NCBI GenBank assembly: GCA_016840405.1
Contig: JAEOSK010000024.1
Location: 1 to 42,448, forward strand
DNA: 42,448 nt
Reading direction: 5' to 3'
Source: Candidatus Hermodarchaeum yapensis
GTDB taxonomy: Archaea > Asgardarchaeota > Hermodarchaeia > Hermodarchaeales > Hermodarchaeaceae
Below are positions 1 to 8,214 of the stretch, in pieces. Each line of letters opens with the position of its first letter. Position 1 is the first letter of the stretch. The notes under the pieces were generated by a model. That model saw only the letters and a list, made by a program, of their open reading frames with translations. It made no database searches and had not been told where the DNA came from. The position numbers and the translations under genes are program-made.

Positions 1-2610
1 CTTCCCTCTGAAGTCGAAACGTCCATCGAGGATGTTGGACGTGAATTAGTAACTCTTGAGGGATTTGATCGAGATGCAAAAACTAGTTGGTCGTTAAGTC
101 CGAAAAAACGACGTTTGAGCAAACAAATCGATGCAGGTCTTCCTAAAATCGAAGAGGGTCTATCACAGTCACTTAGACTTCATATAGAGCTGCTGCGCAC
201 CTATATGACTGAACTTGAAGATTTGAAAGCCACAATTATGAGTTTCGATATCCAGTTAGGGCGTGAACTGAATAGACTTACATTTCCTTCAACGCAAGGT
301 GGGTTTTCCGTCGTTTTACCAGTCCTATCCCGCTTCGTCTCGAATCTAGAAGGAATTTCTAAGCAGCTCCGTGGTGCACTAAACAAACAGACCAATGATA
401 TGCTCGAGCGTAATCGGGCACTCATAAAAACCTATGACAGATTTGTAGGCATTGACACCAGCGATGTTTCCATTAGTGCTGAACGTGAGACGATTGAAGT
501 TAATTCTATCCCTGATCTTTTTGAAATCCGCAAAACACTTCGAACGGAACATGAATATTTGACGAGTCGACGAGGAGAGGTCGTTGATACGCTTCGTGCG
601 AAATTACAGACCAGCATTGAATCCTCTATTTCCCTTTTGGTAACAGCTCGGAGCCTTGGTTTAAACGTGCCAATGGCGATTTCAACATCCTTAGAAGCAA
701 TAAAGAAACAATTGAAGGGTGAATCCAATCTTACAACCCTTCTGGGGTTAGTTCAACAGTATGATGGTCAGGTTCTCAAAGCTTCAAGCGAAGTTCGCAG
801 CCAAATAATTGAATTTGGTCATAACCTCAACCGCACCTTAGCCTCTGCAAACATTTCTAATGAAGCAACCTTCTTGCCTCCTGCACCTGAGGAACTTCCC
901 AAAGAGGCTGATCTTGCCGCTCTGATCGCAGGTTATGAACGCCTTCAAGCGTATAATACAAATGTGGAGACTGCGCTTCGAAGTGAAGCCACACGAATTT
1001 TAGATGATTTGACTCGTGCAGTAAAACGTAAAGTGCTTCCTAATACCAAAGAACTTGATGCCTTTGTAAAGAGAAACACGAAGAAGCTAACCAAAGCTGA
1101 ACTCAGCACACTCATTAAAGTGTACTCGGATGTTGCCGCACGAATCATAGAAGAACATGGAAAACTGATTGCAGAAATCAGAGCCCAAGAAGCCCTTTTA
1201 GCCCGTATTTCCGAAACGGCCAGCACGGTCTTGGATAAAACAACAATGGGTGCTGCTCCCGCTCCAGTCAGAAGTACAGATATCAGCTTCTCAGAACTTG
1301 TCGAAGCCTATGCCCGTCTCCAAAAACACGTTGAAAATCGGATGGACCTCTTCCGAAAAGCATGGGAACGCGAACTGAATGCACTTTTAGCGGAAATTCA
1401 GGTCATCAAACCCACCTATCGTGAATCCTTCAAGACAATGGAAGAATTTCTAGAAAACGCAATTGCTCAAATCCGTGCTAGTACAAGCTTTGAAGAAATG
1501 GAGGCTGTTTCCCGCGAAGCTCAAGGAGACGCCCTCTACAAAACCCAAGATGCCATTGAAAACCTCAAATACCGTCTTGATCTCAAACTCCGTTTAGCGG
1601 TGTCGAAACTCCTTGGCATGAATCTAACAATACCCTCTGAGGTCCAAGCAGCGATTCAAGAATTAACCTCCATCGTACCCGCAAGCGAAACCTATGAAGA
1701 AGCGATTCGAAAGGCTCATCACATTGTTGAGATCTTCGAAAAACGGATTGTGGGGTACTTCAATCAAGTCCTTAATGAACAAATCAAAGCCTATTCGGAA
1801 TTGACTAGTGTTGCTGCTTCATTAGGAATCAAGACCGATAGTTATGTCAAACAATGCGTCAAATTACAGGATAAACTTCCTTCGACTATTGAAGATCTTC
1901 CAGATCGATTCGATGAGCTTCGTGAATTGCTCACTGAACCCAAATTGCTCAAAGCCATCCGAGACAAAGCGAACGAAGTCTGGCGAAATCTCAATTCAGT
2001 AACTGACCTATTAGAGCACCATGGTCAGGCTGAAACCGTTTTGAAGTTGAAGGAGCTTCTAGCCCGGGTACCTGATGCGTTAGAAACTGAACAAGTAACT
2101 ACAGTCCTTGAAATTTGCATGGCTTTGATCGAAGCTCAAAAAAGTGTCATTGATATTCTCCGTAACATGGAGCAAAAGACATCCAAAGCTTTTGCACAAT
2201 TACTGGAAAACACAACAGAATATTATTCAACAATTATCGCTGTTTATAATTCTCGACCAAAGGAATTTAGTCAAATTATCTTCCCGTTAGATACCTTACA
2301 GACGATGCGTGATAAGTTGGAAAACGTTGATTCTTTACCTGAATCAATTGATATCTTTACAACTATTCGAAGTTTAGAGCAACAATGGTTAGAAAAAATC
2401 AAGCAACTCGATGATTGGCACAAGGCGCTTCGAGTCTTTCTTGCAGATTATAATCCTGGTGCGCCCAAGGCTGAGCGCAATCGTCAACTTAACGAAATTG
2501 AGAAACGAATTCGGGAAACCTACATAAGTGAGGATACTTCAAATTACCTTGCGTGGGCTTCTCGTGAACTAGCAGCTGCTATGTCTGATAAGAAAGGAAA
2601 AACCAGATAG
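1..2610 (+). CDS. Large all-alpha-helical repeat/rod protein of unknown function (5'-truncated at window edge)
   Basis: Frame is open from base 1 (LPSEVETSIEDV...) through the ORF-track start at 115 to TAG at 2610. L/E/A/K-rich helical composition, no TM segment, recurring helix-cap motif every ~61-80 aa. Confidence 0.85.
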   Translation, partial: LPSEVETSIEDVGRELVTLEGFDRDAKTSWSLSPKKRRLSKQIDAGLPKIEEGLSQSLRLHIELLRTYMTELEDLKATIMSFDIQLGRELNRLTFPSTQGGFSVVLPVLSRFVSNLEGISKQLRGALNKQTNDMLERNRALIKTYDRFVGIDTSDVSISAERETIEVNSIPDLFEIRKTLRTEHEYLTSRRGEVVDTLRAKLQTSIESSISLLVTARSLGLNVPMAISTSLEAIKKQLKGESNLTTLLGLVQQYDGQVLKASSEVRSQIIEFGHNLNRTLASANISNEATFLPPAPEELPKEADLAALIAGYERLQAYNTNVETALRSEATRILDDLTRAVKRKVLPNTKELDAFVKRNTKKLTKAELSTLIKVYSDVAARIIEEHGKLIAEIRAQEALLARISETASTVLDKTTMGAAPAPVRSTDISFSELVEAYARLQKHVENRMDLFRKAWERELNALLAEIQVIKPTYRESFKTMEEFLENAIAQIRASTSFEEMEAVSREAQGDALYKTQDAIENLKYRLDLKLRLAVSKLLGMNLTIPSEVQAAIQELTSIVPASETYEEAIRKAHHIVEIFEKRIVGYFNQVLNEQIKAYSELTSVAASLGIKTDSYVKQCVKLQDKLPSTIEDLPDRFDELRELLTEPKLLKAIRDKANEVWRNLNSVTDLLEHHGQAETVLKLKELLARVPDALETEQVTTVLEICMALIEAQKSVIDILRNMEQKTSKAFAQLLENTTEYYSTIIAVYNSRPKEFSQIIFPLDTLQTMRDKLENVDSLPESIDIFTTIRSLEQQWLEKIKQLDDWHKALRVFLADYNPGAPKAERNRQLNEIEKRIRETYISEDTSNYLAWASRELAAAMSDKKGKTR

Positions 2611-2628
2611 AAAAAGGATGAATGAACC

Positions 2629-3978
2629 ATGGCACTAACAGATGATGATCCGCGTGTGGCTGAAGTCTTCGCTATTGGAATTGGGGAATGTGGAAGTAAC
2701 CTTGTGGGTGCATACCTGAAACAAGCCCGTGAACGAATGCTTCCGCCCAGAATACGTGGCTATCTCTGCATGAACACCGACCGGTCAGATATCCAAAAGC
2801 TTCGCCAAAAATATGACATTCCCAAAGAGAACACACTGCTCTATGGTGCGTCAGATATTGGCTGTGGCGGCAACTTCACGGACGGCTATAATTACGTCCA
2901 TGATTTCAAGGATGTCATAATGGGTCAACTCACCCAACTTGGTTTTGAAGGCGTTTCAGGCTTCGTAATCTTCACCTCCTCTGGTGGAGGAACCGGCTGT
3001 GGTGGGGCTCCCGCTCTTATTGAGATCCTAAAGGAACGCTTCCAAGAGGAGGAAGGTCGACGAATCTTCGTCTACGTGTTTACAGTACTTCCATTCAAGG
3101 ATCAAACCTCGGAGGCTCTCAATACAATGTGGTCTCTTTCCAAACTTCTCCGAGGTCAATTGGAGGATCGGGGTGCAGACCTCGTCTGTCTTCTTAGCAA
3201 TCGAGCAATGCTCCGGCGTATTCTTGCTTGGCGGGAAGGAGAAGTTGCTGACTTCCTACAGCGCCAATTACAAATTGATGTAGGGAAGATCAACGATGTT
3301 GAAGGTATGGTACCTTCAACCGTGGATGGGGCCGATGATGTTTCTAAAGCTCAGGAATCAGCCTTTGTGGAGCTTGTCAATCCTCTCGCTCTCCGGTTCG
3401 TTGAACACATGCTAAGTCCTGGTGTTGTAGAACCCGGAAAGGAAGTATTTCCAACAACTGACATCGCAGACTATGCTCGGAAACTCGATCCCATTGTTGT
3501 TCCTTGCCTCTATACCGATGTTAGCCTGATTCCCTCTGCAGGAAATGTTCCTACTCAACTGAAAACTATGGTCAAATACGCCGTGGAACATTGTAGCTTC
3601 GCTGAAATTGGAAACGAACCTGGTGCATCATCAACTTATTATAACTTCTCAGGAACTCGCGAGTTCGCTCGAGCAGAATATGACCCACACATCAAACAAG
3701 CGCTCCGTTCATACACTGCGAAGGGAGCTGCTATTACACCTTGTTTCATTTCCTATGAAGAGGAAGGACACCCCACCGACCTCCTACTTCTCTTAGGGCT
3801 CCCTCAAATTCCAGAAATCGAGGATCTTGTGAATTCTGCCACCGAGCTCGTTGATCTCCATGCAGGACCATCACCACTACGTCGAGGTTGGTTCAAGAAA
3901 TCCAAAGGCGTCTCAGAAGAAGTTCTTCGAGCCTCCATTCGTGATGTCGCAGAACTCTTCAATTTAGAAATGAAGTAG
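2629..3978 (+). CDS. Divergent tubulin/FtsZ-superfamily GTPase (CetZ-like C-terminal domain)
   Basis: T1 IGIGECGSN, T2 MNTD, T3 GCGGNFTDG, T4 signature SSGGGTGCG (GGGTGCG at 2983-3003), VLPF, T7-like TTDIADY, C-terminal LLLLGLPQIPEIEDL resembling CetZ VLLSGV..VPRIKEL. Confidence 0.9.
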   Translation: MALTDDDPRVAEVFAIGIGECGSNLVGAYLKQARERMLPPRIRGYLCMNTDRSDIQKLRQKYDIPKENTLLYGASDIGCGGNFTDGYNYVHDFKDVIMGQLTQLGFEGVSGFVIFTSSGGGTGCGGAPALIEILKERFQEEEGRRIFVYVFTVLPFKDQTSEALNTMWSLSKLLRGQLEDRGADLVCLLSNRAMLRRILAWREGEVADFLQRQLQIDVGKINDVEGMVPSTVDGADDVSKAQESAFVELVNPLALRFVEHMLSPGVVEPGKEVFPTTDIADYARKLDPIVVPCLYTDVSLIPSAGNVPTQLKTMVKYAVEHCSFAEIGNEPGASSTYYNFSGTREFARAEYDPHIKQALRSYTAKGAAITPCFISYEEEGHPTDLLLLLGLPQIPEIEDLVNSATELVDLHAGPSPLRRGWFKKSKGVSEEVLRASIRDVAELFNLEMK

Positions 3979-4005
3979 CCATCTTACTAGAGGAGAGAAG
4001 AAAGG

Positions 4006-5016
4006 GTGATAACAGCAGAAGAATTGCTGGAACGAATTCTCATCCTTACAACTGTCAACTCCACGCTAATTCATGCATTGATTACAATTGAGGCTGAAGG
4101 TGATCTGAGTCCAAAGCAAGTTGATCAACTCGCCAAAGGCGTTCATGCAGTCCGTGAATCCGTGGAACAGACTTTGGCAGACTCCAAAAATAACTCAGCT
4201 ACTTCGGGCTCTTCATTTGTCGATGATACCATCAACGTGATTCTCACACACCTAGGTCGAATTGAACAAGCTCTCAATTCGTTAGCCAAATCCCGTGATA
4301 CAAAAGTTTCCAAGAAGAAAATAAAGGAACCAATTTTAGCTGCTCAAAAGTCAGTAACAGAAGCTACACAAGATTTAGCCGCACTTACGGGAAAACCCTT
4401 TCAACGTCGTCTCTCAATTCATGACCCCGAGAAACTGCTCCCACCAATCCAACAATTAATTGATAAATATTCTAGCCGAAGCCATATCTTACTACCCAAT
4501 TACTGGTTCGAAGCGTGTCGAGAACTCTTCCGATACAGTGAACCTCGGGAAGTCATAACTGAGGTCACTCGGATTTCTGGTCAAATTTTTTATGATCTGA
4601 TTCGACGGTTTCTTGCTGAGGCTCCTTGTGCTGGGCTACTGCAAGAATTGATGCGCAGAGGTACTCTTGGCACCGAGTTGACAAGTCGTGAACGCAATAA
4701 AATCACGAACGTTGCGGGTGAGTTCTATGACCAGATATCGAATGCGTTGAAGAATGAATCTGTGGACGCTAGCCTCAATGAGGCTAAGCGAAATCTTCGG
4801 TCATTTGATTGGGGTCCGCCTGATGTCGAAAAGCGGGTGGTTGGGGTCATTTATCGTAGTGCTCGAGAACTTGTAGACCGTGCTACAGAAAGTAAAACGC
4901 TTTCTGATTTAGAACGCCTCATCCACGCGGAGCTCAGTCGCTACGTTTGCTCACTAGCTGCTAGCTTACATAGCCTACCCCGGTTTAACCAACTTCTTGC
5001 TGATATGAAAGTCTAA
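4006..5016 (+). CDS. Hypothetical alpha-helical protein, third gene of tubulin-like operon
   Basis: 336 aa ORF starting 27 nt after the GTPase stop, purine-rich AGGAG upstream of a GTG start. No recognised motif. Confidence 0.75.
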   Translation: MITAEELLERILILTTVNSTLIHALITIEAEGDLSPKQVDQLAKGVHAVRESVEQTLADSKNNSATSGSSFVDDTINVILTHLGRIEQALNSLAKSRDTKVSKKKIKEPILAAQKSVTEATQDLAALTGKPFQRRLSIHDPEKLLPPIQQLIDKYSSRSHILLPNYWFEACRELFRYSEPREVITEVTRISGQIFYDLIRRFLAEAPCAGLLQELMRRGTLGTELTSRERNKITNVAGEFYDQISNALKNESVDASLNEAKRNLRSFDWGPPDVEKRVVGVIYRSARELVDRATESKTLSDLERLIHAELSRYVCSLAASLHSLPRFNQLLADMKV

Positions 5017-5612
5017 GTTGGGTACAACCGCTTCTTCAAGCTGGCTTTTCCGCCCTCAACATCATAATCGATGAGATTAGCCCGAGAGAGATCACCAAGG
5101 GCTTTTCGGATTGCCGTTGGTTCATGTCCAGCAGTTTTTACAATCTCTTCACGAGTCATTTCTTTCTTTCTGCCATGAAGAAGAAACAAGGTCTTCGCAT
5201 GTGGTTGGGCATAGAACACATCTTCAAGCAAAGCGATGTACAAGGCTAATAACTCTTGAACAGGTATGGAGGCTTCTTGTTCGGAAACAAGTTCCTTGTA
5301 GGTTTCCGACATTTTCTCCAGTTGAGTTTGAATGCCATCAAGCTCCGCTTGCAAAGCCTTATTCTTAGTCTTAAGATCGGTAGTTTCATCGGCGGTTGTT
5401 TTCAGTTCATTGATGGTACGATCCAATCGTTCAATTGTTGCAATCTTATTTTGAAGTTCATTAGAAAGTTCTTCGACACGAGCATCAGCAGTTGCTCGTA
5501 GTTCCTGCTCATCAAGCAGTTCCTTATTCATGTCTTTGACAATTTTTTGGATTTTTTTTGCTGCCTTCGAAACTTCAGCTGGGTAATCTTTTTGTGTTTT
5601 CTCAACAGCCAT
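5013..5612 (-). CDS. Coiled-coil protein with C-terminal winged helix-turn-helix
   Basis: N-terminal ~110 aa heptad-rich segment. C-terminal MTREEIVKTAGHEPTAIRKALGDLSRANLIDYD is wHTH-like. ATG at 5612 preceded by GGGTGA. Confidence 0.75.
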   Translation of the reverse strand: MAVEKTQKDYPAEVSKAAKKIQKIVKDMNKELLDEQELRATADARVEELSNELQNKIATIERLDRTINELKTTADETTDLKTKNKALQAELDGIQTQLEKMSETYKELVSEQEASIPVQELLALYIALLEDVFYAQPHAKTLFLLHGRKKEMTREEIVKTAGHEPTAIRKALGDLSRANLIDYDVEGGKASLKKRLYPT

Positions 5613-5656
5613 CGGGCTCACCCTTCAATGTCTGTATACCTTGTGTACTTCTTCTT

Positions 5657-6712
5657 CTATTTATGGTTAGGGTCTTCCTTGGTTTTTTGTCGGGAGGAAT
5701 CACGAGCCGTAACTCGGTTTAGTTGGGGGGGAGGAGGTGGGGCAACAATTGACTCTTGAGTGAAATCAAAAATCGTCTCAGATTCTTCACCAAGTTGTAT
5801 CCTTAGCTTTTGACTATCATCTACGGTTCCAATAACTGCAGCACTGAGATTATGGTCTTCAAAAATGGTCATCACGTGTTCAGCCTGATCCGTTGTGGTT
5901 GCGACCACAAATCCTGTGGAAATATACATCTTTAGCCAGGTCACGATATCGAAATCCTGTGGCATAGGAATTGAGACTAAATCAATCAAGGCCCCTTTCT
6001 GTGCATACTCCAACATTAAAAGAATCGTTCCAATAATTCCCCCATTACTCAGATCCTTCGATGCCGTCAGTAATTGTTTCTCAGCAAGGATGCGCATCGC
6101 CTCATACCGTTTTAGAATAGCTTCAGACGTTTTCAAAGCCGTTGTATCCCATCCATATTCATAATTCGGAGAGATACGACCTTCCAAATCGATTGCCAGA
6201 ATAAGCACGTCATTTGGCTGAGCTCCCCCTGCGCTCACATATGCATCGCGGCGGACTGTGCCACAGATTGAAGCGCTTACACCATTGGTAGGTGCATTGG
6301 GTGTCGTATGTCCGCGGACAACTTCGACACGGAATTTTTGCCCGGCTTCACAGATACCCTCCATAAACTTTACTCCGATATCTAATTCTTCGAAGGCGAT
6401 ATTGACCATCGCCACAATTGGGCGTCCACCCGCTGCATAGATATCGTTAACATTAACCAAAATGGCCGCATAACCTGCTACGTAAGGCTTTGACATGGCT
6501 AGCTCAGGTATCACTGCATCTGTGGATAGCAAAATGAGATTATCTCCGCCCAAGTCGATGGCCGCAGAATCCTCACCAATGGAAGACAACACATGTGGAC
6601 ACTTGAAACCCTCTTTGCGGAGGATTGATACGAGCTTTCCAATGGGCTGCTTGCGTCGTAAGCCCCAATAGCCCCTAACTTCGGAGATAATTCGCGCTAG
6701 TTGACCAGACAT
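5657..6712 (-). CDS. AIR synthase-related (PurM/ThiL/SelD fold) protein, methanogenesis marker 2 / sll0787-like
   Basis: GEDSAAI, STDAV, AGYAAILVNVNDIYAAGGRP, GHT, SKDLSNGGIIGT motifs. N-terminus VRGYWGLRRKQPI resembles marker-2 proteins. Confidence 0.75.
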   Translation of the reverse strand: MSGQLARIISEVRGYWGLRRKQPIGKLVSILRKEGFKCPHVLSSIGEDSAAIDLGGDNLILLSTDAVIPELAMSKPYVAGYAAILVNVNDIYAAGGRPIVAMVNIAFEELDIGVKFMEGICEAGQKFRVEVVRGHTTPNAPTNGVSASICGTVRRDAYVSAGGAQPNDVLILAIDLEGRISPNYEYGWDTTALKTSEAILKRYEAMRILAEKQLLTASKDLSNGGIIGTILLMLEYAQKGALIDLVSIPMPQDFDIVTWLKMYISTGFVVATTTDQAEHVMTIFEDHNLSAAVIGTVDDSQKLRIQLGEESETIFDFTQESIVAPPPPPQLNRVTARDSSRQKTKEDPNHK

Positions 6713-6802
6713 TTTGATACAGGCTCCTGTGGAAGAACGGAGTATTTGCGTTTCGATAAAACTTGTGGTTAATCACTAGAATGGTGAATGCTTAACTTCT
6801 AA

Positions 6803-8194
6803 TCATCCAGTAACAGAGAAACCATCAATGAGTAAACTAGGTGCTTTTACAAAAAACGAGGTCATTTCCACATCATTGCCAACTCCACGAAGTTGTTCTA
6901 AGCCCTTATAGAAACTCCCCGCAATTGACAATGGTTCGAGTGGTGTTTTCTTTTCACCATTTTCAATCATAAATACTGCATTTGCTACAACAGAAAAATC
7001 ACCAGTTGAAACATCACTATGGAATATGCCAATTGGTGGATCTGTAATCAACAATCCTTGGCCATCCACCGATGCTATGAGTTCTTCCTCGGTCTTCGAC
7101 CCCGGGACTACCTCTAAATTCTTAATGGTAATTTTAGGAGCCTCTTCATATGGAATAGTTCCTCCAAATGGGCCTCCTGCTCGACCACTATTCCCTGTCG
7201 ATGGGTTACCCGCAATGGCACCATAATATGAATCAAAGAGAAAATTCTTCAAAACTCCCTGGTGAACTAAGGTTGTTCGTCCCTGTGGATAGCCTTCTGC
7301 ATCAACTGATTCTGTGCCAATACCTTGTGGATCCTGCCCATTATCAATCAAGGTGAACTGTTTCTCGGCAATTGGGTTTCCAAGTTTCGGTGCTAGCGGA
7401 GATAGTCCTTCAACAATGGCATTCCCAATAGCAGATTGACCAAAGCTGGCAAGGACGTAACTAGCCGCTGCATCAGGTGACCATAGAGTGGGTAGGGTAG
7501 TTGTTTGATTCAGTTTCTTTGCTCCTAACAAACTCAAAGCCCTCTTCGCGGCTTTTTCACCCATCCCAGAAACATCAATGGCCTTCTCTCGTGAAATGAA
7601 CTCCTCTTCAGAAGCTCGTCGTTCATTACCATCAATCGCCATTGCATAAGCAGAAGCATAATTGAATGTCGAACTAGACGCCCGTTCAAGTCCTCGAGTA
7701 TTACCAATAGCAAAGCCTCCCCAACTCACTTCACATGCTGAAACCGCCATCATTCGGCCGTTGACTTTTGATATGTCCCCAATAATTTGCAGTGAGTATT
7801 TAACGAGATCATCAGTAGATAAATCCAGAATCGCTGGAGTGAATTTTCCTTCGCGACCTGGGGGCTTCGGTTCGCAGAATCCCTGAAACCGTGTATCTTT
7901 CTCAGATGTAGCGTTCAAGCTAGCAACGGCTTCCTGTAAAGTACGCTTAATACGGTCAGGGGTGATTCCACTAGATGAAGCAAAACTCACTCGTTGATCT
8001 TTGGCAACACGAACTGCCGTTCCGGCAGTTGTTCCATCGGTTGCTTCAACAACCCCCTGTTTAATGACTACGTCCGAGTTACTTCTGTAAGAAAGATAGA
8101 TTTCAAATTCAGCCATTTTATCCAATGATTTGGCGAATTTCAGACCTGTATCAATTTCAGCCAGCAAGTTGTCCTTGATTATCTCATACTCCAT
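6803..8194 (-). CDS. pmbA: TldE/PmbA family protein
   Basis: DAEGYP, GVLKNFLFDSY, STGNSGR, STGDFS, PSLLIDGFSVTG motifs. Lacks HExxxH; directly downstream of tldD. Confidence 0.9.
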   Translation of the reverse strand: MEYEIIKDNLLAEIDTGLKFAKSLDKMAEFEIYLSYRSNSDVVIKQGVVEATDGTTAGTAVRVAKDQRVSFASSSGITPDRIKRTLQEAVASLNATSEKDTRFQGFCEPKPPGREGKFTPAILDLSTDDLVKYSLQIIGDISKVNGRMMAVSACEVSWGGFAIGNTRGLERASSSTFNYASAYAMAIDGNERRASEEEFISREKAIDVSGMGEKAAKRALSLLGAKKLNQTTTLPTLWSPDAAASYVLASFGQSAIGNAIVEGLSPLAPKLGNPIAEKQFTLIDNGQDPQGIGTESVDAEGYPQGRTTLVHQGVLKNFLFDSYYGAIAGNPSTGNSGRAGGPFGGTIPYEEAPKITIKNLEVVPGSKTEEELIASVDGQGLLITDPPIGIFHSDVSTGDFSVVANAVFMIENGEKKTPLEPLSIAGSFYKGLEQLRGVGNDVEMTSFFVKAPSLLIDGFSVTG

Positions 8195-8214
8195 ACTCTT
8201 GCATCTCCATTTTG

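Noticed and set aside
100-117. PKKRRL, resembling a nuclear localisation signal, in the rod protein
   Set aside because: Short basic motifs arise by chance and have no supported meaning in an archaeon.
2629-3978. Naming the GTPase ftsZ, cetZ or tubulin
   Set aside because: Motifs are mixed and the context is non-canonical; a symbol needs phylogeny.
5725-5739. Polyproline run as a profilin/actin-regulator ligand
   Set aside because: Only five prolines in a likely variable enzyme tail; no other support.
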